Source of the DNA: Candidatus Latescibacterota bacterium
GTDB taxonomy: Bacteria > Latescibacterota > UBA2968 > UBA8231
Assembly: GCA_965221775.1 (NCBI GenBank)
Contig: CBDCSU010000004.1
Location: forward strand, 736,001 to 800,000
Direction of reading: 5' to 3'
DNA length: 64,000 bases
The translations under genes were made by a program, and so were the position numbers. Of this stretch, positions 19,715-28,000 are shown one piece after another (position 1 is the stretch's first letter; each line of letters starts with the position of its first letter). The notes under the pieces were generated by a model. That model was not told the origin of the DNA. It ran no database searches and worked only from the letters and a program-made list of their open reading frames with translations.

Positions 19715-19779
19715 TTGTGACGCTGTAGACTGAACGGTTACACTTGAGGGGCAACACCAGCGTTGAGTCTGGTTTGCCC
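19715..19779 (+). promoter_or_regulatory. Putative promoter and inverted-repeat operator of the MNT-HEPN module
   Basis: TTGTGA(19715)-18-TACACT(19739), then imperfect IR gggcaacaccag...ctggtttgccc before AAGGAGGA. Confidence 0.4.
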
Positions 19780-19795
19780 GCAAGGAGGAGCCCCA

Positions 19796-20113
19796 TTGAG
19801 CGCCAGAATCGACATTCCCAGAGACGAGATAGCTGCCTTTTGCCAGCGCCACCGCATCCGCCGTATGGCCCTGTTCGGCTCCGTGCTGCGCGACGACTTT
19901 TCGCCTGAGAGCGACGTGGACTTGCTCGTGGAATTCGAGCCAAACACGCGTATAGGCTACATCGGCTTGGCAGGGTTGGAGATTGAGCTGGGGAAAGTTC
20001 TGGGACGAAGGGCTGACTTGCACACCTTGGAAGGAGTTCGCAGCAGCCGCAACTGGCTCCTCCGGGACGAGATACTGGGTTCGAGAGAGGCGGTATATGA
20101 GCAGGCGCGATGA
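19796..20113 (+). CDS. MNT family nucleotidyltransferase (antitoxin)
   Basis: LFGSVLRDDFSPESDVDLLVEF (GS..DxD); TTG start after AAGGAGGA. Confidence 0.92.
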   Translation: MSARIDIPRDEIAAFCQRHRIRRMALFGSVLRDDFSPESDVDLLVEFEPNTRIGYIGLAGLEIELGKVLGRRADLHTLEGVRSSRNWLLRDEILGSREAVYEQAR

Positions 20114-20441
20114 TCAGATCAGCTTGGTGGACATGCTGAACCACGCACGGGAAGCGGTCGCCCTTTTGGGCGAGGCAGGCCCGGATGACCTCGCAGGAGA
20201 TCGGATCCGGGAACTCGCACTACGGAAGTTGGTGGAGATCGTTGGAGAAGCGGCCAATCGCGTTTCGGAACAGACACGCCAGTCCCATCAGGCAATACCC
20301 TGGCCCCAGATTGCTGGAATGCGCAACCGGCTGATTCACGGCTACGATGACGTCAGTCTGGGTAGATTGTGCGATACCATCAAGGAGGACCTGCCTCCCC
20401 TCATTGACCAACTACAAGCCAGCGTCGGCGAACAGGAGTAG
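20097..20441 (+). CDS. HEPN/DUF86 family ribonuclease toxin
   Basis: EIVGEAANRVS, IPWPQIAGMRNRLIHGYD (RX4HXY); overlaps the MNT gene. Confidence 0.92.
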   Translation: MSRRDDQISLVDMLNHAREAVALLGEAGPDDLAGDRIRELALRKLVEIVGEAANRVSEQTRQSHQAIPWPQIAGMRNRLIHGYDDVSLGRLCDTIKEDLPPLIDQLQASVGEQE

Positions 20442-20473
20442 TGGTGCCGCTCCACAAGCCACCGGCTTGAGCA

Positions 20474-20852
20474 CCGACCACCAAACCTACGGCTTCGACC
20501 GCACCGGTTGCCCCTGGCCGCCGAACGTAAGGTCGGCATGGCCGCCATGAAGGTCGACGGCGGCTCCGAGGCGATGGAGTACCACACCAAGGAGGACGAG
20601 GACGGGCGCCCAACCGCACTGTGGGCCAGCGCGCCCGCCTTCGACCACGAACGAGCCCTGCGCTGGGCCCTCGGACTGCCGGGCATCGGCATCGCCGTGA
20701 TCGGCATGTACTCGGAAGAGGAGATGGACCGCAACATCGAGTGGGTGCGCCGCTGGCAGCCGCTGACGGCGGAGGAGGAGACGCAACTGCTGGAGGAGGG
20801 CCGCCGCCGGATCGCCCGCTCCTGGGGCGACCACCACGGGGACTTGGTGTGA
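20474..20852 (+). pseudogene. Displaced diverged 3' fragment of the aldo/keto reductase gene
   Basis: Direct repeat of about 19306-19672 (AAMKV.GG.EAMEYHTKE...RNIEWVRRWQPLTAEEETQLLEEG) with a frameshift near 20506. Confidence 0.9.
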
Positions 20853-21094
20853 GGATCTCCGATCTGCGGCGGCAGTCCGCGGAGAGCCGCGCCGACTTCG
20901 TCAGGGAAATCGCCGACGACGTGAGCCGGCGAATCCGCGAGGGGCTGGTGGCCGAGCCCGAGGCGCGGGAGCTGGCCGCGGGACTGCGCTTTCAGGCGGG
21001 ACTGCTGATGCCCGAGAGGCTGGAGGCGTTCGACCGCATCTACGGAGCCCGCTTCGAGCGCCTGATCCGCCAGTTTCTGCGGGGGGAGGGCTGA
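20849..21094 (+). CDS. Small hypothetical protein (81 aa)
   Basis: GTG overlaps TGA of AKR fragment; host-like codon use; C-terminal FDRIYGARFERLIRQF. Confidence 0.65.
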   Translation: MRISDLRRQSAESRADFVREIADDVSRRIREGLVAEPEARELAAGLRFQAGLLMPERLEAFDRIYGARFERLIRQFLRGEG

Positions 21095-21206
21095 CCACCA
21101 AGGCGCCGGTCACCATGCCGTCGATTAGAGCGAAGACACTGCGGCACGACTGCGAGCTTCATCTTGTGGATCTCGCTTACGCGTCTTCCAGCATTCGCGC
21201 AGGAGG

Positions 21207-22226
21207 ATGCGCAAGTCTCATGGTGTAGACTTGGCGATCAGCAAACAAGCATTTAGAAGAGCTTACACGGCGAAGCCGACCTTTGCTGCTGAGCAGGGAG
21301 CAGTGGCTCTTGATGGACTGGGACTGGGTTCGGTTATCGAATGGGCTGAACTTGACGCCAATCCTACTAACTGTGTCTACAAAGCAGTGTGTTGCGAAGG
21401 CAGCTACATTGTCAAGATCAAGTATCGAAGAGCTTTCTCTCTGGTAGTGGAACAGAGAATTACCACACTGCTACGAGAAACAACCACTCTGCCCGTCCCT
21501 GAGATTTGTGTATTGTGCGAGAGCACCGATGCCTTCGGACATCCTTATATGATTTCCAGTCTGCTCCCCGGTATTCAAGGGCGCGACTTCTTCGAGATGC
21601 CCGGCACCTGCGATGATCGGAGGTGTCGCCTGCTCGAGGAATTTGGCTCAGTGGTTGCAATCATCAATAACCAAGGAGTCTCGGACGGTCTGATACCGGT
21701 GCAGGATATGACCGAATGGCGAGAGGACATACGGGCAAAGCTCCTTGAAAATCAGGAGTTGGTAGCCGACCTGCCAGAAGATTGTCAAGCGAAGTTGCCC
21801 ACTATCGAGGATCTTCTGGACAGAATAGATGTCGTGCCGGATCCGGGCCCGCAAGGGCTTCTATGGGGAGATGCCGCTATACACAATCTACTGGTTGATG
21901 ATGACGGCCATATAGTCGGTATTCACGATTTTGAGAATGGAGCTACTGGCGACCTTCTACATGAACAACTGCACGTCGCAGCAGAGTTTAGCCGAGAGCC
22001 CCGAGAGATCTACGGTCGCGATCACTACCCGCAGATGTTCTGGTCCGGGTATGTGGAGGCAGGTGGAGTGCGGATAGAGCCAGACGAGACGTACCTCAGG
22101 GTCAGACAAGCCACAATGGGCGCCGGCCTATGCTGGTTCTGGGAAGTACTGGGTGTTTTCCACCCCAGAACGCCGCAATGGCTGGACGACTTGGAAGGCG
22201 CATTGAGGGGCCTTGTGGAATCCTGA
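21207..22226 (+). CDS. Aminoglycoside phosphotransferase (APH)/kinase-like protein, low-GC insert
   Basis: YIVKI, LPVPEI, YMISSLLPG, WGD..IHNLLV, IHDFE; AGGAGG RBS; visibly AT-richer than flanks. Confidence 0.8.
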   Translation: MRKSHGVDLAISKQAFRRAYTAKPTFAAEQGAVALDGLGLGSVIEWAELDANPTNCVYKAVCCEGSYIVKIKYRRAFSLVVEQRITTLLRETTTLPVPEICVLCESTDAFGHPYMISSLLPGIQGRDFFEMPGTCDDRRCRLLEEFGSVVAIINNQGVSDGLIPVQDMTEWREDIRAKLLENQELVADLPEDCQAKLPTIEDLLDRIDVVPDPGPQGLLWGDAAIHNLLVDDDGHIVGIHDFENGATGDLLHEQLHVAAEFSREPREIYGRDHYPQMFWSGYVEAGGVRIEPDETYLRVRQATMGAGLCWFWEVLGVFHPRTPQWLDDLEGALRGLVES

Positions 22227-22262
22227 CCAACGCATCTGCCTGCGCCGAGGCGGCCCATCCCC

Positions 22263-24935
22263 TCAGAACGCCGTCGCCGAGACCGCCTTGGCGATCATCA
22301 GCGTCGCCGCGCAGAACATGCCCACCAGGGACATGCCCACGCCGAAGCCGACGGCCAGGACCATGGCGTACTGGCGCCACTGCTGGCGGCCGTAGCGCGG
22401 CCACAGGTAGTGCTTGGCCACGAGGGCGCCGATGACCTCGGTGAACATGGCGAAGAAGGTCGCCGCCCCGGCCGAGGCCACGCCCCGGATGAAGCCCCAC
22501 ACGAAGAACATGGGCATGCCGAAGAACCCGAGGATCGAGTAGAGGCCGAGGCCGAAGGCCAGGCCCACGACGATGATGGGCCACTTCACGCCGCCCGTGG
22601 GGTGGCGCAGGTCCTCGTCCACCTCGCCGTCGCCGTCGTCGTCCTTCTGGTTGAGTACCTCCTCGTCGGCGAGTCCGTCGAAGTCCTCGTCGCGGCCGTC
22701 GCCCGTCGACTTGGGGTCCTTCCAGTAGATCTGGAAGAACATGGGCGTCTCCACCGAGCTCTGGTAGAAGTCGCCGCGGAAGCCGGGATGGGTGTCCAGC
22801 TCGAAGAGGGTGATCAACTCGCGGTCGTGCCAGGCTTCCGGCAGGCGCACGCGCAGCATGGTCTCGGCGGCGGTCACCACGCCGGCGTCGTCGGGTGACA
22901 GCCTCAGGGGCCGCGGCAGGTCGGGGTTGATCTTGCTGTCGGGAGCCGGCTCCAGCAGGATCGGCATCTGACGGTCGGGGCCGGCTCCGGTGAAGTCGGT
23001 GTAGAAGTGGCCCGTCGCCGACCAGGGGCCGTAGCGGCGCAGCCCGGGGTTGGTGATCTCCACCTCGTCGGTGACGCGCACGCGCCAGTAGTAGAGGGAG
23101 CGGTCCTTCAGGTTGGCCGGACTCCACACCACTTCCCCGGCAGGCAGGACTTGCCCCTCCACCTCCTCCCCGGCCTGGTATGTGAGGCTGTACTGGGTCG
23201 CCGAGAACCGCACCGCTTCCTGGAAGGCGCGGGCCGGCCAGAAGGTCTGCACGTAGGGGTAGGCGTCGGAGGGGATCGGCGCCAGCTTCCACAGGAAGCT
23301 CCAGTACATCAGGCTGGCGCCGAGAACGATCGGCACCATGACCAGCTCCGCCTTCAGGAGGCTGGTGAAGCGCATCCCCGTGAGCTCGATGATGCGGAAG
23401 GTCTCGGCGTTGCCGCCGAAGTCGGCTCCCGCCAAGGGCACGAACCAGATCTCGACGCCGCGGTACCCGGTGAGGAAGACGATCGCCTCGTGCAGGTGCG
23501 GGATCTGCACGTTCTGCCCGATCAGCCCGTCGAGGCGGGCCGAGACGAAGGACATGATCGGCGCGTACACGAAGGCGATGAGGATGATCACCACCAGGAT
23601 GGTGGTGGTGATCAGCGACGGGAAGAGGGTCTTGGCCAGGACGATGGGATAGGCGGAGGCGATGAAGAACAGGGTGAGGCAGATCCACACCGGGAAGTCG
23701 CCGCGGTTGAGGTGCTTCATGCAGTAGCCGCGGATGCGGGCGGGCTCGTTGCACTCCGGGTGCAGGCAGACATCCGGGTCGTGGCCGTGGGTTTTGGCGT
23801 GGGACTGGTCCTCGCGGTGGTCCCGGGTGCCGCGCACCACCTGCACCATGGAGATGACGGTGGTGGCGAAGATGACGCCCAGTCCGAAGGGCTGCCAGAA
23901 GTCGACGCCGGCGGTGATCTGGGTCTGCACGGCGCCCATGCCGGGCACCCAGTGGGGCATGAAACCGTAGTGATGGAGCAGGGGCGACAGGACGATGAAG
24001 GAGACGACGGCGGCGAAGGAGCCCATGACGCTCCAGAACGGCAGCAGCAGGCCGGCGAAGATCGGCGACAGGCTGAAGCTGATGGCGATCGGCGTCGCCC
24101 CGAGGTAGCGTCCCAGGACCGGCGTAAGGTCGGCGAAGGGGATGGGCAGGATCGACACCTTGACGCCGGCGAAGACCTCGGTGAGGGTGGGGATCGCCAC
24201 GTACACGAACCCGAAGACGAGGCCGATCGACCCGCCCATGGTGAAGCAGGGCCACTTCCAGGTCTGTCTCTCCGAGCCGCTCTCCTCGGCCAGGGCCATC
24301 GCCCCGAGGGCGGCCTGGGGCGCCGTGGGGAAGGGCAGGCGCTCGCGGTCGGAGACCAGCCGGAAGAGGACGTACCCCGAGGTGAACCAGGTGATGCGGC
24401 CCACGAGGATGCCGAGCACCAGCAGGGCGATGGGCAGGGCCCAGTCCATGTGCAGGAAGGTGCGCTGCACGATCGCCTCGGAGTCGGGGGCCGGCGAGAA
24501 CCACCCGTGGCCGAGCCACTTCAGGCCCACCAGTTTCTCGGTGAGGCCGAACTGGGCGGCTTCCGGCGAGCCGACGAAGTACTGGCGCCAGATCAGCTGC
24601 AGGAAGGTGCCGGTCTCGGCGCGCACGATCAGCTGCGACGCCACGTACGTGAGCAGGAAGATCTCCTGCCGCCTGAGGGTGGTGAAGGAGCGCTTGGCGA
24701 TCTCCAGGAAGAGGATCACCGTCACCCACTGCGCCGCATCGCCGATGCCGATGCCGGTGACCAGACCCAGGTACATCTGCCCCGGCGTCATGATGAAGGC
24801 GATGAACAGCACCCCCACCAGCGTCTTGATGGTGTACCCGTGCTCGAAGCGCTCCGGCGCCTGCAGCAGATCCCGATACTCGTGGATCTCCTGGTACTGG
24901 CGCTCGCGCTTCGTTTGTCGGCGGTCCTCTGCCAC
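22263..24935 (-). CDS. OPT-like multi-pass peptide transporter with soluble inserts
   Basis: Many hydrophobic helices, ERLPFP.A, LAPIPS..YP motifs; inserted CxxxxC..CxxH, Ig-like and acidic DxDxDG segments. Confidence 0.75.
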   Translation of the reverse strand: MAEDRRQTKRERQYQEIHEYRDLLQAPERFEHGYTIKTLVGVLFIAFIMTPGQMYLGLVTGIGIGDAAQWVTVILFLEIAKRSFTTLRRQEIFLLTYVASQLIVRAETGTFLQLIWRQYFVGSPEAAQFGLTEKLVGLKWLGHGWFSPAPDSEAIVQRTFLHMDWALPIALLVLGILVGRITWFTSGYVLFRLVSDRERLPFPTAPQAALGAMALAEESGSERQTWKWPCFTMGGSIGLVFGFVYVAIPTLTEVFAGVKVSILPIPFADLTPVLGRYLGATPIAISFSLSPIFAGLLLPFWSVMGSFAAVVSFIVLSPLLHHYGFMPHWVPGMGAVQTQITAGVDFWQPFGLGVIFATTVISMVQVVRGTRDHREDQSHAKTHGHDPDVCLHPECNEPARIRGYCMKHLNRGDFPVWICLTLFFIASAYPIVLAKTLFPSLITTTILVVIILIAFVYAPIMSFVSARLDGLIGQNVQIPHLHEAIVFLTGYRGVEIWFVPLAGADFGGNAETFRIIELTGMRFTSLLKAELVMVPIVLGASLMYWSFLWKLAPIPSDAYPYVQTFWPARAFQEAVRFSATQYSLTYQAGEEVEGQVLPAGEVVWSPANLKDRSLYYWRVRVTDEVEITNPGLRRYGPWSATGHFYTDFTGAGPDRQMPILLEPAPDSKINPDLPRPLRLSPDDAGVVTAAETMLRVRLPEAWHDRELITLFELDTHPGFRGDFYQSSVETPMFFQIYWKDPKSTGDGRDEDFDGLADEEVLNQKDDDGDGEVDEDLRHPTGGVKWPIIVVGLAFGLGLYSILGFFGMPMFFVWGFIRGVASAGAATFFAMFTEVIGALVAKHYLWPRYGRQQWRQYAMVLAVGFGVGMSLVGMFCAATLMIAKAVSATAF

Positions 24936-25084
24936 TAAGCCACCTGTCTCGGGGCGGGATCACCCCACAAGAGTTTCGCGCCAGCGAAACTCGCAACAAA
25001 GCCGCGCAGCGGCTTTGCGATCTCCTGATATTGGCGCTCCCGCTTCGTCTGTCGGCGGTCCTCCGCCACTAAGCCACCTGTCTC
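24885..25084. repeat. 66-bp diverged direct repeat (24885-24950, 25019-25084) flanking a 68-bp triple-hairpin insert
   Basis: Both copies hold the RBS region and codons 1-17 of the transporter, with 5 synonymous differences; the spacer has 9-bp stems gagtttcgc/gcgaaactc and caaagccgc/gcggctttg. Confidence 0.92.
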
Positions 25085-28000
25085 ACGACGCCACTTCTTC
25101 CGCCGGCTCGAGCTCCACCTCGCTCGCCGCCATGACCACCTCGCGGCAGTGGACGGCGTGCTCCTCCTGGATGTCGTGCTTCAGCGTCTGCCACACCAGG
25201 AACTGCTTCCGCAGCTCCAGCATGAAGCCGAGGTTGAGGCGCTGCCAGAACGCCACGGGCCCGCTGATGCGCTCGATGTAGAGGTCGATCTCGCAGATCC
25301 GCGGATGGTCGGTGGGCGCGATGGTGAATTGCAGGTACTGGCTCACCCCCATGTCGAAGGGCGCCAGCCACAGCAGCAACTGCACGGTGTGCACCTTGCC
25401 GCCGTCCCCTTCCTCCACCAGGACGCGGGTGCGCTCGGTGTACATGCGGCCCACCGACTCGTGGCCGTACGAGGTGAAGAAGGTGTGGAGGTAGCCGCAC
25501 AGGGACTCCACGGCGTTGACGTTCACCGTGAAGGGGAAGGGGAAGCGCCAGATGTCGTCCACCGGATCGGGCAGCTGCCAGCGCCGCACCACATCGGGCA
25601 CGGCCATCTGCGATGCCGTGCGCGCCGGATAGACGGTGGACAGCAACACGACGGCGATCACCAGCAGGGCCGAGCTGATCGCCGCGGTGGAGGAGTAGTT
25701 GAGGGAGACCCCGCCCAGCAGGTCGAGGGCGAGGAGCACCCGGCCCCCCGCCTGGCCGAGGACGTAGCCGATGACCACGCCGAGGACGCCGTAGACGCAG
25801 GACTCGGCGATGAAGAGGAAGGCGATGTGGACCGGCGCCAGGCCCACCGAGGAGTAGACGCCGATCTCGCGGAAGCGCTCGTACACGGCGCCCATCATGG
25901 TGTTGAGGACGATGAGGGCGGCGATGAGCATGGGGATGACGAGGGCCCCCAGACCCTCCACGCTGGTGGCGCCCATGCTGCTGTAGGCATAGGTCCTCAG
26001 CTCCCCCTCCTCGTCGGGCATGCCCACGAAGAGGCGGAAGGTCGCCCGCGTGAGGTACTCCTCGATCAGCTCGCGGCTCGGCACCTCCTCGTCGAAGGCG
26101 ATGGCCACCGACATGAGCTCGGCCCCCAGGCTCTCCAGCCGGCCGTAGGGCATGACCGCCAGCCGCGCCGAGGGCAGGTGCTCGTAGCCGACGTCGATGT
26201 CGGCGTCGGCGAAGAAGTTGTTCATCATGAACATCTGGTCGAGGCCGGGCATGTTGAACTGCTCGAACTTCTCCTTTGCCGGCGTCAGGGGCTCGTTGTT
26301 CAGGTCGCGCACGTCCTCGAAGAGGTCCGGGTCGTAGATGCCCACGACCTTCCACCCCTGGCCGAAGACGCGCACCAGCGGCCCCTCCCCACGCTCCACC
26401 GCCTCCACCGAAACGCCGAGCTGCTCGGCCACCGGCGCCGCCAGGATGGTGCTGCTCTCCCCGGGGTCGTCGAACCAGCGGCCGGCGAGGAGGGCGCGGT
26501 CGATGCCCGTCACCTCGGTCTCCTCGGGGGTCAGGCCGAGGACGCCGAGGGCGGCCGCCTCCCGCCCCCGGTAGCGCATGGGGATGTAGCCCTCCTCCTC
26601 GAAGCCCATGGTCATCCAGGTCCGCGCCGCCACGGTGCCGGACCCGCCGAAGTGGGAGAACAGGTAGTCGTACACCGGCGGCTCCCAGGACCACCAGTGG
26701 ATGTCGTGCATGAGGACGCCGCGGTAGAGGGGCTCCCAGTCCTTCTCGAAACCGACGAAGCGGATCGCCGGCTTGAAGGAGGTGAAGGAGAGGACGGTGA
26801 AGGTGAGCATGGTGATCGTCGTCAGCGTCAGGCCCGTGCGCAGGACGCGGCGGCGCATGTTGGAGATGCCGAGCATGAAGGCCACGTAGGCGGTGCCCGA
26901 GCGGCTGAGGTCGCCGCTGGCGGTGCCCGCCGCCCGCTGGCGCAGCTCGGTCATGTAGCTGTTGAACCGCGACATGACGAGGGTGATGACGAAGACGGCC
27001 ATGACCATCACCATGAGGGCCAGGAGCACGATCACCGGGTGGGCCAGCTCGAAGGCCGGGTGCACCTGGGCGAGGATCATCCAGATGACCAGCATGATCA
27101 CCGTGAACCAGGCGATCTGGCGGCGGATGTCGGGGGCCGCGAAGAGCAGGCGCTCGGCGAAGAACGCCGCCGGCACCAGCAGGGCGACGAAGAACACGAG
27201 GCCGAGGATGATGTCGTCCTGGGTGCCGCGCACGTCCGGGTAGGCGCGGTACTCCAGGCCGATCGCCTCGCGCACGTACTTGGCGTAGCGGTCCCAGTCG
27301 AGGGCGGCCATCGCCTCCTCGGCCTTCTCCAGGGCGGTGAGCGAGCGCTGGTGCAGGGCGTCGAGGCGCGGGTTCTCGATGGCGAACTGGCGCATGCGCT
27401 CCATGCGCACGTCGTCGAGGCGCCACATGTCCTTCGTCGACTGCAGGCTGGCGTACGGGATCAGGCGCCTCTGCGACAGGTCGAAGCCGGCCCCCTGGGC
27501 GGTGAGCTCGTCCACGGCGCCGGCGTTGTTGAGCAGCACCATCGACTTGTCCACCATGCGCAGCGGCTCCCCCGGCTCTCCGTAGAGGACCATCATGCGC
27601 TCGAGGTAGTCGCCCATGACGAAGCCGTACTGGCGGGGCACGGCGCCGCGGTCGTCGAGGACCTTCATGCTGCGGCTGGAGTTGCCGAAGGTGAAGTGGA
27701 AGCCGGCGTGGATGCGGTCGTGGATCTCGACGCTCTCGGCCTCGAAGAGGATCGTCGTCCACACCGTCTCGGCCTTGGTCAGGCCCTGCTCCCAGGCGCC
27801 GATCTTCTGGGCCCGCTCGCCGTGGTCGGTGGCGAAGGTGACCTCGCCGGTCTCCTTGTCGAGGAGGAAGCCGCGCACCCCGACCTTGCCCTTGGAGAGG
27901 CCCTTGACGGTGTAGTTGCCCTCGTCGTCGGCGAGGGCGATCCAGGGCCGCCACATGTCGGGGTAGTAGTCGTGGAGGATGACGACGGTGCCGTGGGGCA

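Noticed and set aside
21095-21150. Possible fifth remnant (transporter 3' end) beside the APH insert
   Set aside because: Similarity to 22419-22460 is short and weak; could be chance.
5512-25084. CRISPR array or DGR template/variable repeats from the direct repeats
   Set aside because: Only two copies each, no spacer series, no cas or reverse transcriptase gene, and mismatches are not adenine-specific.
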